A DNA stretch of 64,000 nt from Cenococcum geophilum (lineage: Eukaryota). Where the stretch lies: NCBI GenBank assembly GCA_050273025.1, contig CP158636.1, positions 11,780,001 to 11,844,000 of the forward strand. Direction: 5' to 3'. The notes under the pieces were generated by a model that saw only the letters and a list, made by a program, of their open reading frames with translations, ran no database searches and was not told the DNA's origin. Positions 1 through 14,711 of this stretch are shown in pieces; positions within the stretch are counted from its first letter, which is position 1, and each line of letters begins with the position of its first letter. Both the position numbers and the translations under genes were made by a program.

Positions 1-1654
1 TTACCGCTATTAAGAATAGAGTTAAGTTATTAATGGCCTTTATAACAGCTAAAGAGAAGGCTAACTTTAAGCTTATAAAACAGCTCTAAAAGGAAGGTCG
101 TATTATGACTTTAGGAGCTCCTTTTTAAGTATTTAATAAATAGGAGATCGATAGTTTTATTACAAGAGGAGTCTTTAAATTTAAGAAGTATAACTTTACT
201 AAATTTAATAGAGTTCGCATCTTTAAGTTAAAAATAGTTAATAAGATTAAGGGCAAAGCTACTAACGCCCTATTTAAGAAATTAAGGCTTGTTATTTAAG
301 GCTATAATAATAATAGTAAGGAGGTAATTTTTATATAATCTCCTATAATTTAACGAGCTAGTTAGCGAGTTATTATTGCGCTAGCTCCCTCCTTAATAAA
401 GAACGGAATAGCGGTTTATTTATAAGATATTACTTAGGCCTACACCTAATTAGAGACGCACCTTTAGCGCTTAATATTGGTATACCTTCTAGAGCAAATT
501 TGCTACCAATATCCTAAAGATATAATTATAGTTGTGCTTAAGCCATTATATGGAATCGCAGAGGTAGGAACTTATTAGTGGGCTACCTATAGCAAGCACT
601 ATAAAGAGAGGCTCTTAATAACTACTTCTATATTTAATTTATGCTTCCTTATTACAACTACGGGAACCCTATTTGGAATTGTTAGCATATAAACTAATAA
701 TATAATTATCTTAGGAGACGACCAATTCTTAGCTCTTAAAGAAGATAAGCTAGTAAAGGCAAATCTTATAGCAAAGCTAAAGGAAAAGCTTAATTTAATA
801 ATACTATTACTTTTTAATAGATGTATCCTCTCCCTAAATAAGGATTCTATTGCTTTACGCCAGAAGGGTTAGGGTAAGAAGATTAACGTTATTAACGTTA
901 ATTCTCCAAAGCAAGGATATATAGAGCAACGCGCTCGCGGAGCTTATATTACTTCTATATATTAACCTAAGGCTTTATTTAATCTTTCTATTGCCGCTTA
1001 ATACTAGGAACTAACTAAGGATGACGTTCTTGCTTTAAATAAGCGCCTTTCCTAGCAAATGAACTATTTCAATTGGGGACTACTCTACGTGCCTATTAAT
1101 CTTCCCACTATTAAGCTCTTTATATTTATTAATAGATCGTTTATAAATAATAAAGATTTTAGCTCCTAGTTAGGATATAAGATTATTATCGCGAACAAAT
1201 CTACCGGAGAGAATAACTTTATAATCTACGGCAATCTTATCTATTAAAGCTTAATTAAGAGTAAGCGCGTTACTTAAAGCGTTCTAGCGTTAGAGATATA
1301 TAGAATGGTTAGCGGAGTTAATATAGTAATTGCAATTGGAACTACCCTAAAGATAATTACAGATCGACTCGAACTCCCTGTTATCCCTATAATTATATAC
1401 ACCGACTTATATTCCCTCTATAAATGTTTAATTAAGCTTAGTGCTACGAAGGAGAAGCGCCTTATAATTAATATTATGGCACTTTAACAGTCCTATAAGC
1501 GTTAAGAACTCTTTAAGATTTAATAAATTAATAGCTAAGATAACCTAGTAGATATAATAATAAAGGTAAACCTAAATAAGGCACTAAAGACATTCGTTAA
1601 TACAAATACTCTATGTGTGCAAGTTAAAGGTTAAGTTAAGAGGGAGTAGGAAAT

Positions 1655-1885
1655 ATAGCTAGCAGAATATGGCTGGCAGAATTTGGCAGAATGTTATAGC
1701 TTAGTAGAATTTGGTAGAATATTATGGCTTGGCAGAATTTGGCAGAAGTCTATGGCTTAGCAGAATTTGGTAAAAGTCTATGGCTTAGCAGAATTTGGCA
1801 GAAGTCTATGGCTTAGCAGAATTTGGCAGAAGTTTATAACTTGGCAGAATATAGCAGATTGCGGCAGGTTATGGCAAATTGCGGT
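1655..1885 (+). repeat. Tandem repeat (GGCTTAGCAGAATTTGGCAGAAGTCTAT-like) in the 3' UTR of Copia copy 1
   Basis: Repeated GGCAGAATTT units directly visible. Confidence 0.85.
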
Positions 1886-2014
1886 AAAGTACGGTCTTAT
1901 AACTGGGCCTAATTAGTAGGCGTGCGTAAGGTATTATAGGGTGGTTCTATAACGCTACGTAAGTTAAGCGGTATCTATATATATAGATAGCAACTATAAA
2001 AGAAGAGTTGCCAG

Positions 2015-2175
2015 TGTCGGGAATGAGGCAAGCGGTCGTCACGTGTCGCCGCGGCACTAGCGTGGCGAGGAGTCTTAGGCTCCTCGTCCTTCCTCATTCC
2101 TATAAGTATATTAACTAACATTACTATAACCTACTTGAGTAGTCGTTATTAGTGAGTCACCCTATATAACCAACA
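2015..2175 (+). repeat. 3' LTR of Copia copy 1 (161 bp)
   Basis: TGTCGG...CCAACA; shares the GCCGCGGCACTAGCGTGGCGAGGAG core with LTRs at 8021, 8618 and 14491. Confidence 0.9.
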
Positions 2176-2592
2176 ATAGCTATTAAGCGGAATTAGATTC
2201 TTATTAATATAGTTATTAAACTTATTTAGACCCTGTGGATAAATATATATTAAATAATACTAAAAATAAGCCTTATAAAAGGTGAAGAGGTTTTCTTTAG
2301 ACTTTAAAGGCCACTTTTAAGTTTTCTTAGTTGTGTATAATATAGTTAAATCTAAAAGTATTACTTTCTTATGGAATCTCTCCTAGAGCTTTTATACGCT
2401 AAAAAGCTTCTTTTCTTTTTTAACGGTAATATAATTATTCTAATTTTTTAAGAAAGCTATATAACACTCTAGGTTAAAAACCTGTGCCGCTAGATAGTAG
2501 GGAAGTTTATTTAGCTTCTTAATATACTTTATAAGCTTTTCTTTAGTATATTAGAGTTAAGGAGTTATAAACTTATTTTTAGCCTTAGTAGC

Positions 2593-5500
2593 TGTTGGGA
2601 ATAAAGACAAGTGGTCACCATATAAGGCATATTGCCGTCACGTATAGCAAGTTACCATTACAAACGCATACTAAATAATAATCCCTATACTAATAACACT
2701 TCCCTCCCTCTAAAAACATAGCTACGCCTACCTTAAACAACTGGGAAGACTTCTTACCACTAGGGGTAGCTTTATACGCGAAACTGATTAATAAAAATTA
2801 GGACGAATTTACCTTTAATATAATAACTTATACCGTAAAATAAGTTAATAGCTTTCTCCTATACCGTATTATATTTTACTAAAGTAGATACTATACCGAT
2901 TTATAGCTATAGGAATATTTTAGGGAGGATTTTATAGGATAGACCGCTAATACCTAGGTACTTAGCAATGTTAATATTGTTTAGGATTTTTAAAACTTCC
3001 TCTATAGAAATGGGGTATATATTACTAAGAACGGTAACCTAATTACTAGTAATATTTAGGCCGTTATTACTAGTATAGAAGAACTAGTATAGATAGAAGC
3101 TAAGATTATATATTAACTACGGAAACCTAAAACTAACCTATATTCTTTAGAAGGCAACTTTAATTTAGAACGAAACTCTTAGAACGCTACTCTCTTACCT
3201 AAAGGTACTCTCCTACCTAGAGGTGCCCTCCCACCTAGAGGTACTCTTCTTTTACCTCCGCCGCCTCTAGCTTCTCTACTCTAGCTAACCGGTAAGCCTT
3301 TATTATAAGAAGTCACGAATCTAATAAAGGTATATTTAGATAAAGAAAAGAAGTTTAAAGGAGAACTGTATAATATACTTAGAGCAAAACTATAGGTTTT
3401 CTATAACTGTTATAATAAGGTTAGAATTTAATACCACTAGTACTACTACGCTTTCTCTATTATATTAAAAGGATGGGTAGCGATATTCTATTACGACTAT
3501 ATTACGGGTAAAAACTATAGCTTTAATATAATGCTTTAGCTTACTAGAGCTTACTTTAAGACTAATAAAAATTGCTAACTTTATATATCCAAATAGCGGG
3601 AAACTATATTCTAAAAAGTTATTACTTCTAACCTAATAAAGACTTGTTTAGAGTGCCTTTAACTACTCTTTAATAAACTTTAGAAAATCTAATATGGCCT
3701 TATTAAAACTTACTAAAATAAGAACAGCCTAAGGGACTAGGTTATTTTAGCATGCTATAGCGTTCCTAAGTATAACTTAGCGCTATATAAACCTATAGAT
3801 ACGTTTAAAGAAGTATATACTAAGCTACGCTCCGCTATAAGTACTATAATATAAATATAAGAATCTTAATAGTTTTATACTAAAAACCTTACCTAAATAA
3901 GTATTCTTAACTAATATAATTATAACTAGACTAATTAAATATATAGTGGCCGTAGTAGGGAATATAAAAGAGGGTATAATTAATATTAACTATAAGGCAA
4001 CCGTGGAGGTCCTTATAGAGGTTTATTTTAAAGTAATTACTAAAAGAAGTGCTACGTTTATAAGAAGCTAAATTACTAGTTAACTAGACACTCCCTTAAT
4101 AAGCGAAAAGAGGTATATAATAAGTTCCACTAGAGTATAAGAAACGTTAAAAATTATAAGGTTACTATAGCCTACTTTTAAAGCTTCCTAGTCTAATATA
4201 AAGGCGTAGAAGATTTTAAGGGTAAGGTTAATAAGACTAAATAGCTCCTTATAGATATAGAAATTAAGAACTACTCTTCTAACTAATACTTTACTAAGTA
4301 TAGTAAGGTAGATAGTATATAAACCATTACTATTCTTAATAACTAATCTACGCTTTATTCTATTATAAAGTTAGATATCTTTAATAAGCTAAAGGAGAGT
4401 TCTACGTTCTCCTTTAATAATAGATACTTAGCGAACGTCTTCTATAGTATTATACCAGATACTAAAGCCGTAGGAGTATCTATAGTAGGAGAACCTTAAG
4501 TTTAAGCCCTTTAGCAGCTTAATAGCTCTGTTTAGATTAACTATTTAACGGCAGGCTAATATACAATTTGTTTTGGTAAAGGTACTATAATCTCTCTTAG
4601 CACAATTAGGGTCCAAACCCCCTTAAGATATATTACTTTCTACGTTATTTCTATAAATACCCTATTTCTATTCTATATTAGGGATATAGATAAATTAGGT
4701 ATTAAGCTTAATAACCTTAAGAATATACTTATATAGGGAGATAATTAGGTGCCTGTTATACGTAAGTAGGGTTACCTTTAGTTACTCCTTTAATAACTAA
4801 AAAAGAGTGTTACTTAGAGCCACTTAACTAAGTTAGAGTTACGCCAACTATACCGTTGTTTTGGCCACCTATCCATTTATTAATTACTTAGGGTTCTTTA
4901 GTAAATAGGCTATAAAGTTAAGATTAAGGTAATTAAGTATCTTATAAAATATTACTATTACTACTAAATAAACCAGAAGTCCCCTAGCCGATTTAAGTTT
5001 ACCCTTAAAAATAACTATAACTTTAACTTTTATATTATTGTTAACGTTATATATCTTAGCGGCAAGCTAGTACTCTAAGTTATTAACTTCTTAACCTCCT
5101 TCTAAGCCGCACGTTTTTTAAAGAATATATTAGCTAGGAACGTATAGGATACCCTATAATTATACTAGATTAATATCTACTTAGGACCCCCTAATTAAAT
5201 TATCTATAATATAGGAAAGAACTTCTTATTTATAGAGTTTTAATAATAAATAAAGGTAATAGTAATTAAGGTTAAGGAAGTCCCCGTTAAAGTATATAAT
5301 AGTATTAAAAAAGTAGAATAATATTATACGCCATTACGCCACATATATAAGATTATCTCTTTAGAACTAAAGGATGCTAATAAAGAACTTACCTTATAAA
5401 TAGCTATTAAAGCTATTAATAATTCTACTGGCCCAGATAGACTTATACCTATATTACTAGTCTTTAGCGCCTACCCTTAAATAACTAACAATTCTCTACT

Positions 5501-8235
5501 ATTTCCCTCTATTATATAATAAGCTAAGGCTATTTATAAGGTAATAAAGAAGGTGCGATATCTCTATGCTATACGCTAGGTTAATAATATACTAGGAATA
5601 AGAAATGGCCTAAATACCTTAACTACGCTTAATCTACTACTCTAGTCTAAGGTACGCGTATAGCATAAAAAGGGAGGGTAGTTAGGCCCATATTAACTTA
5701 TTATAATTAATAGTTAAATTTATACTATTTAGATGCCTTACAGACCCACTTAATTCTATTTAACTATTATTAAGCCTTATTATAAAGATAATAGTTCTAA
5801 GCCTTTATAGGATGCTATAAAAAACGCCCTAAAAGAGAACTATAATTAACGTGCTTTAGAAGGCGACTATAATCCTAATATAATTATAGTAAATACGCCG
5901 CAACTATAACGCGGTAAAGGTCGCCTAAAGGGATTATAAAATCGCCAACATCTTATTAATTTTAAAGAGCAATTTTTTGCCGCTATTAAGAATAGAGTTA
6001 AGCTATTAATGGCCTTTATAACAGCTAAGGAGAAGGCTAACTTTAAACTCGTAAAACAGCTCTAAAAGGAAGGTTATATTATAACTTTAGGAGCTCCTTT
6101 CTAAGCATCTAATAAGTAGGAGATTAATAGTCTTATTATAAGAGGAGTCTTTAAATTTAAGAAGTATAACCCTACTAAGTTTAATAGAGTTTGCATCTTT
6201 AAGTTAAAAATAGTTAATAAGATTAAGGGCAAAGCTACTAATGCCCTATTTAAGAAATTAAGGCTTATTATTTAAGGTTATAATTATAATAGTAAGGAGG
6301 TAATTCTTATATAATCTCCTATAATTTAACAAGCTAGTTAGCGAGTTATTATTACGCTAGCTCCCTCCTTAATAAAGAATAGAATAGCGGTTTATTTATA
6401 AGATATTACTTAAGCCTACACTTAATTAGAGACGCCCCTTTAGCGCTTAATACTAGTATACCTTCTAGAGCAAATTCGCTACTAGTATCCTAAAGATATA
6501 ATTATAGTTATACTTAAGCCATTATATAGAATCGCAGAGGTAGGAATTTACTAGTAGGCTACCTATAGCGAATACTATAAAGAGAAGCTTTTAATAACCA
6601 CTTCTATATTTAATCCCTACCTCCTTATTATAACTATAGGAACCCTATTTAGAATTATTGGTATATAAACTAATAATATAATTATCTTAGGAGATAACTA
6701 ATTCTTAGCTCTTAAAGAGGATAAGCTAGTAAAAGCAAATCTTATAGTAAAGCTAAAGGAAAAGCTTAATTTAATAATACTATTACTTTTTAATAAATGC
6801 ATCCTCTCCCTAAATAAGGATTCTATTGCTTTATACCAAAAGGGTTAAGGTAAGAAAATTAATGTTATTAATATTAATTCCCTAAAGTAAGGATATATAG
6901 AGTAACTCGCTTGCGAAGCTTATATTACTTCTATCTATTAACCTAAGGCTTTATTTAATCTCTCTATTACTACTTAATATTAGAAACTAACTAAGGATAA
7001 CGTTTTTGCCCTAAATAAACGTCTTTTTTAGTAAATAAACCATCTTAATTAAGGACTACTCTATATGCCTATTAATCTTTTTACCGCTAAGCTCTTTATA
7101 TTTATTAATAGATCGTTTATAAATAATAAAGATTTTAGCTCCTAATTAGGATATAAGATTATTATTATAAACGAATTTACTAGAGAGAATAACTTTATAA
7201 TCTATAGTAATCTTATCTATTAGAGCTTAACTAAGAGTAAGCGCATTACCTAAAGTGTTTTAGTATTAGAGATATATAAAATAGTTAGCGGAGTTAATAT
7301 AGTAATTGCAATTAGAACTACCCTAAAGATAATTATAAATCAACTTAAACTTCTTATTATCCCTATAATTATATATACTAACTTATATTCCCTTTATAAG
7401 TGTTTAATTAAGCTTAGTACTATAAAGGAGAAGCGCCTTATAATTAATATTATAGCACTTTAGCAATCCTATAAGCGTTAAAAACTCTTTAAGATTTAAT
7501 AGATTAATAGCTAAGATAACCCGGTAGATATAATAATAAAGGCGAACCTAAATAAGGTACTAGAGACGTTTATTAATATAAATACTCTATATATATAAGT
7601 TAAAGGTTAGGTTAAAAGGGAGTCCTTAAAAATTTCTTAGTTATATAAGGTCTTAAGATATCTAGAAACTTTAACCAGCGGTTAAAGTTATTTAATTAGT
7701 TAGATTCTCTTACTAAGACTTTTTTTAGAGGGGGGAGCATAACATTTTATAGACCCTAACTTAACATAGCTAATTAGGATTTTCTATCCCCGGGATAGAA
7801 AATCGCTATTAGCTCACTTACCGCTAGCGCCTTAGCGGCCTTACTAATAAGATACCTACCTATAACTTATAAGCAAGAAAGCACTATATACTAAGAGGCA
7901 AATTTTAGAACAGCGAGACTTATATTATAATAGCAATAGTAAATAAGGAGGATTAATTTTTATTTCGCTAGTTAAGCGGTATATATATATAGATAGCAAC
8001 TATAAAAAAAGAGTTGCTAGTGTTAGGAATAAAGGCAAGTAGTTACTATATAAGGCATATTGCCGTTATATATAGCAAGTTGCCGTTATATACGGTAAGT
8101 TACCGTTACATATCGCCGCGGCACTAGCGTGGCGAGGAGCCTTAAGCTCCTCGCTCTCCCTTAAGAATATAGAATTAATAATCATTATACTATCTACAAA
8201 CCGTAGCTACGTGATATTACCTTATATAACCAATA
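2593..8235 (+). mobile_element. Copia (GalEa-type) copy 2, with a deletion across the 5' LTR/leader
   Basis: 5-bp TSD GTAGC (2588-2592, 8236-8240); truncated 5' LTR 2593-~2662; 3' LTR 8021-8235; domain order gag-PR-IN-RT-RH. Confidence 0.95.
2718..7640 (+). pseudogene. gag-pol pseudogene of Copia copy 2 (end approximate)
   Basis: Start codon changed to ATA (ATG in copy 3); CX2CX4CX4H knuckle at ~4050-4092 after reverting RIP; HRxFGHP integrase motif ~4850; RT motif ~6520; many TAA/TAG stops. Confidence 0.88.
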
Positions 8236-8617
8236 GTAGCTATTACCTATAAAAAAAGGTAGTTAAAGAAATATTAAGAGTATTATATAATATACTAATA
8301 CGGTCTATATTATATTTTTAAAAATATTAACTAATTTTAGAACCCTCTTTAGTATTATATAATCCCCTTAAAAAATAGAGTTGCTTTATAAAAAGATTAA
8401 AGAAAATTATAAATCGTATAAAGATATATTTATTCGCTTATTAAGAGGATATTTTCTTTTAAGTTATCCTTATAGTACTCTATATAGAGTTAAAGCCTAG
8501 CCTTTACTTTATTCTTTAGAGCTATATATAATATAAGAAACTAGCTATTTTATCTTATATAATTATTAAAAGGAACTATTTTACTAGTATATTTAATAAA
8601 CTATATTATATAGTTAT

Positions 8618-11600
8618 TGTTGGTTACACAAGGTAATATTACGTAGCTACGGTTCGTAGATAGTATAATAATTGTTATTCTTTTTGATTTAATTGAAGAA
8701 AGGGGTGAGGAACTTAAGGTTCCTTACTACGCTAGTGCCGCGGCGGCACGTGATGGCAACTTGCCGCACGTAACGGCAACTTACTACTTATAGTGGCAAT
8801 ATACCTTATATAGTAACCACTTACCTTTATTCCTAACACTAGCAACTCTTCTTTTATAGTTGCTATCTATATATATATACCGCTTAACTAACGTAATAAA
8901 TATCAATCCTCTTTACTTACTATTGCTATTATAATATAAGTCTCGCTATTCTATAATTTGCCTCTTAGTATATAGTGCTTTCTTACTTAAGAGTTATAGG
9001 TAGATATTGTATTTGGAGGGCCGCTAAGGCACTAGTAGTAAGCGAGCTAATAGCAATTTTTTATCCTAGGGATAGAAAATCCTAATTAGCTAGATTAAGT
9101 TAAGCTCCCCCTTTAAAAAAAGTCTTAGTAAGAGAATCTAACTAATTAGATAACTTTAACCGCTAGTTAAAGTTCCTAGACATCTTAAGACCTTACGTAA
9201 CTAAGAAATTTCTAGGGACTCCCTTTTAACCTAACCTTTAACTTATATATATAGAGTATTTATATTAATAAATATCTCTAGTGCCTTATTTAGGTTCGCC
9301 TTTGTTATTATATCTACTAGGTTATTTTAGCTATTAATCTATTAAATCTTAAAGAGTTTTTAACGCTTATAGGATTGCTAAAGTGCTATAATATTAATTA
9401 TAAGGCGCTTTTTTTTTATAGTACTAAGCTTAACTAAATACTTATAGAGGGAATATAAGTCGGTATATACGATTATAGGGATAATAGGAAGTTTAAGTTA
9501 ATCTATAATTATTTTTAGGGTAGTTTTAATTATAATTGCTATATTAACTCCATTAACCATTCTATATATCTCTAATACTAAAATACTTTAGGTAATACGC
9601 TTACTCTTAGTTAAGCTCTAATAGATAAGATTACTATAGATTATAAAGTTATTTTTTTTAGTAAATTTATTTGTAATAATAATCTTATATTTTAACTAGG
9701 AGCTAAAATCTTTATTATTTATAAACGATCTATTAATAAATATAAAGAGCTTAGCGGTAGGAAGATTAATAGGTACATAGAGTAGTCCCTAATTAAGATA
9801 GTTTATTTGCTAAAAAAGACGTTTATTTAGGGTAAGAACGTTATCCTTAGTTAGTTCCTAGTATTAGGTAGTAATAAAGAGATTAAATAAAGCCTTAGGT
9901 TAATAAATAGAAGTAATATAAGCTCTATAAGCGCGTTACTCTATATATCCTTACTTTAGGGAATTAACGTTAATAACGTTAATCTTCTTACCTTAACCCT
10001 TCTAGCGTAAAGTAATAGAATCCTTATTTAGGGAGAGGATGCATCTATTAAAGAGTAATAGTGTTATTAAATTAAGTTTTTTTTATAGCTTTACTATAAG
10101 ATTTGCCTTTACTAGCTTATCTTCTTTAAGAGCTAAGAATTGGTCGTCCCCTAAGATAATTATATTATTAGTTTATATACTAATAATTCTAAATAAAGTT
10201 TTTGTGGTTATAATAAGGAAGCAGGGATTAAATATAGAAGTAGTTATTAAAAGCTTCTCTTTATAGTGCTTACTATAGGTAGCCTACTAGTAAGTTCTTA
10301 CCTCTACAATTCTATATAATAGCTTAAGTATAACTATAATTGTATCTTTAGGATACTAGTAGCGAATTTGCTCTAAAAGGTATGCTAATATTAAGCGCTA
10401 AAGGTGCGTCTCTAATTAGGTATAGGCTTAAGTAATATCTTATAAATAAACCGCCATTTTATTCTTTATTAAGAAGGGAGCTAGCGCAATAATAACTCGC
10501 TAACTAGCTTGTTAAATTATAGGAAATTATATAAGAATTACCTCCTTACTATTATTATTATAACCTTAGATAATAAGCCTTAATTTCTTAAATAGGGCGT
10601 TAGTAGCTTTACCTTTAATCTTATTAACTATTCTTAACTTAAAGATATAAACTTTATTAAACTTAGTAGGGTTATACTTCTTAAATTTAAAGACTCCTCT
10701 TATAATAAGACCGTTAATCTCCTACTTATCGGATGCTTAGAAAGGAGCTCCTAGGGTTATAATATAACCTTCCTTTTAAAGCTATTTTGCAAGCTTAAAG
10801 TTAGCCTTTTCTTTAGCTATTATAAAGGCCATTAATAACTTAACTCTATTCTTAATAGCGGTAATAAATTGTTCTTTAAAATTAATAAAATATTAGTAAT
10901 TTTGTAATCCCTTTAGGCGACCTTTACCGCGTCGTAGTTATAGCGCATCTACTATAATTATATTAGGATTGTAGTTATCTTCTAGAGCATATTAATTATA
11001 GTTCTCTTTTAGGGTATCTTCTAGGGCATCCTATAAAGGCTTAGAGTTATTATCTTTATAATAAGGCTTAATAATAGTTAAATAGAATTAAGTGGGTCTA
11101 TAAGGCATCTAAATAGTATAGGTTTAACTATTAATTATAATAAGTTAATATAGGCCTAACTATCCTCCCTTTTTACGCTATATGCGTACTTTAGACTAGA
11201 GTGGCAGATTAAGTATAGTTAAGGTATTTAGGCTATTTCTTATTCCTAGTGCATTATTAACCTAGCGTATAGCGTAGAGATATTATATCTCCTTTATTAC
11301 CTTATAAATAGCCTTAGCTTATTATATAATAGAGGAAAATAGTAAAGAATTATTAGTTATTTAAGGGTAGGCGCTAAAGACTAGTAATATAGGTATAAGT
11401 CCATCTAGGCTAGCGGAATTATTAATAGCTTTAATAGCTATTTATAAGGTAAGTTCTTTACTAGCATCCTTTAGTTTTAAAGAGATAATCTTATATACGC
11501 GGCGTAATGGCGTATAATATTACTCTACTTTTTTAATACTATTATGCGCCTTAATAGGGACTTCCTTAACCTTAATTGCTATTACCTTTATTTATTATTA

Positions 11601-14600
11601 GAACTTTATAGATAAAAAGTTCTTTCCTATATTATAGACAATTTAATTAAGGGGTTTTAGGTAGATATTAATCTAGTATAACTAAAGGGTATCCTATATA
11701 TTCCTAGCTAATATATCCTTTAAAAATTATGCGGCTTAAAAGGAGGTTAAAAAGTTAATAACTTAGAGTACTAGCTTACTGCTAAGATATATAACGTTAA
11801 CAATAATATAGAAGTTAAAGTTATAGTTATTTTTAAGGGTAAACTTAAATTGGCTAGGGGACTTCTGGTTTATTTAATAGTAATAGTAATACTTTATAAG
11901 ATGCTTAATTACTTTAACCTTAACTTTATAGCCTACTTGCTAAAGAACCCTAAGTAATTAATAAACGGATAAGTGGCTAAAATAATAGTATAGTTAGCGT
12001 AATTCTAACTTAGTTAAGTAGCTTTAAGTAATACTCTTTTCTAGTTAATAAAGGAGCAACTAGGGGTAACCCTACTTGCGTATAATAGGCACTTAATTAT
12101 TTCCCTAAATAAGTATATTCTTAAGGTTATTAAGCCTAACGCCTAATTTATTTATATCTTTAATATAAAATAGAAATGAAGTATTTATAGGAATAATATG
12201 GAAAGTAATATATCCTAAGGGGGTTTGGACCCTAATTATGCTAAAAAAGATTATAGTACCCTTACTAAAACAAATTATATATTAGCCTGCCGTTAAATAG
12301 TTAATTTAAATAGAGTTATTAAGCTACTAAAGGGCTTAAACTTAAGGTTCTCCTACTATAGATACTTCTATAGCTCTAGTATCTGGTATAATACTATAAA
12401 AAATATTTGCTAAGTATTTATTATTAAAGGAGAATACGGAGCTCTTTTTTAGCTTATTAAAGATATCTAACTTCGTAATAAAATAGAGCGTAGATTAGTT
12501 ATTAAAAATAGCAACGGTTTATATGCCATCTACCTTACTATACTTAGTAAAGTATTGGTTAAAAGAGTAGTTCTTAATTTCTATATCCATAAGAAGCTAT
12601 TTAGTCTTATTAACCTTACCCTTAAGATCTTTTACGCCTTTATATTAAACCAGGAAGCTTTAAAAGTAGGCTATAGTAACCTTATAATTTTTAATATTTT
12701 TTATACTTTAACGGAACTTATTATATGCCTCTTTTTGCTTATTAAGGGAGTGTCTAGTTAACTAGTAATTTAGCTTCTTATAAACATAGCACTTCTTCTA
12801 GTAATTACTATAAAATAAACCTCCATAAGGACCTCTATAATTACCTTATAGTTAATATTAATTATACCCTTTACCGTATTCCCTACCACGGCCGCTATAT
12901 ATTTAATTAGTCCAGTTATAATTATATTAGTTAGGAATACTTAGTTAGGTAGGGCTTTTAGTATAAAGCTGTTAAGATTCTTATATTCGCATTATAGTAC
13001 CTATAGTAGAGCGTAGCTTAGTATATACTCCTTTAAACGTATTTATAGGTTTATATAGCGCTAAGTTACACTTAGGAACGCTATAGTATACTAAAATAAC
13101 CTAGTCCCTTAGGCTGTTTTTATTTTAGTAAGTTTTAGTAAATCCACGTTAGATTTTTTAGAGTTTATTAAAGAGTAGTTAAAGGCACTCTAAATAAGTC
13201 TTTATTAGGTTAAAAGTAATAACTCTCTAAAATATAGTCTCTCGCCATTTAGATATATAAAGTTAGCAATTCTTATTAGTTTTAAAGTAGGCTCTAGTAA
13301 GCTAAAGCATTATATTAAAGCTATAGTTTTTACCCGTAATATAGTTATAATAGAATATTACTGCCCGTCCCTTTAATATAATAGAGAAAGCGTAGTAGTA
13401 CTAGTGGCATTAAATTCTAACCTTATTGCAACAGTTATAGAAAACCTATAGTTTTGCTCTAAGTATATTATATAATTCTCCTTTAAACTTCTTCTCTTTA
13501 TCCAAATATACCTTTATTAGATTCGTAACTTCTTATAGTAGAGGGTTACTAGTTAGCTAAAATAAAGGAGCTAAAAGCGGTAGAGGTAGAGGACAAGTAC
13601 CTCTAGGTAGGAGAGTACCTTTAGGTGGGAGAGTAGCGTTTTAGGGGTTTTGTTCTAAATTAAAGTTGCCTTTTAAAGAATATAGGTTAGTTTTAGGTTT
13701 CTATAGTTAATATATAATCTTAGCTTCCGTCTAAACTAGTTCTTCTATACTAGTAATAACGGCCTAAATATTACTAGTAATTAGGTTACCGTTCTTAGTA
13801 ATATATACCCTATTCTTATAAAGGAAGTCTTAAAAATCCCAAATAATATTAACATTACTAAGTACTTAGGTATTAGCGGTCCATCCTATAAAATCCTCCC
13901 TAAAATATTCCCACAGCTATACATTGGCGTAGTATCTACTTTAGTAGAATATAATATGGTGTAGAAGAAAGCTATTAACTTATTTTACGGTATAAGTTAT
14001 TATATTAAAGGTAAATTCGTCCTAATTTTCATTAATAAGTTTCACGTATAAAGCTACCCCTAGTGGTAAGGAGTCTTCCCAGTTATTTAAAGTAGGCGTA
14101 GCCATGTTTTTGGAGGGAGGGAAGTATTATTGGCGTAGGGATTATTATTTAGTACGCGTTTATAATATATATTTGTCGTTTAGTACGCGTTCGTGACGTA
14201 TATTTACGATTATAGGGCTTAAGACTAGTTCTAGCCTTAAATTGCAAAGACTTATAAAGTGTATTATTTTGTGTAATAGACGCAAGAATCCGTAATTTTA
14301 GAAAGGCTCAGGACTAGTTTTAGCCTTTAGATCCTTAGATTTATAAAAGAGTTCTATTTAAGGTTTAGGACTAGTTCTAACCTTAAAAGACAGCTTCCTC
14401 TAGCATAAGTAGCACTAGTACAGTAGCTCGTCTCTTCTTAGTAATACCTAGCTATTCTATAGTATAACAGTAAAGTTAACCACTAATTAGTATTGGTTAT
14501 ATAAGGTAATATCACGTAGCTACGGTTCGTAGATAGTATAATAATTATTATTCTTTTTGATTTAATTAAAGAAAGGGGTAAGGAACTTAAGGTTCCTCAC

Positions 14601-14711
14601 CACGCTAGTGCCGCGGCGGCACGTGACGGCAACTTGCCGCACGTAACGGCAACTTGCCACTTATAATGGCAATATGCCTTATATAGTGACTACTTACCTT
14701 TATTCCCAACA
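8618..14711 (-). mobile_element. Copia (GalEa-type) copy 3, full length, RIP-degraded
   Basis: TSD GTTAT (8613-8617, 14712-14716); 221-bp LTRs 8618-8838 and 14491-14711; ORF start ATGGCTACG at 14105; reverse complement of copy 2. Confidence 0.96.

Larger units (their letters stand above)
1..2175 (+). mobile_element. Copia (GalEa-type) LTR retrotransposon copy 1, 3' part (RT/RNase H + 3' LTR), RIP-degraded
   Basis: 1-1645 is collinear with 5978-7622 of copy 2; Copia RT motif KPLYGIAE near 541; purine-rich AAAAGAAGAGTTGCCAG then a TG...CA LTR at 2015-2175. The 5' part lies outside the window. Confidence 0.92.
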
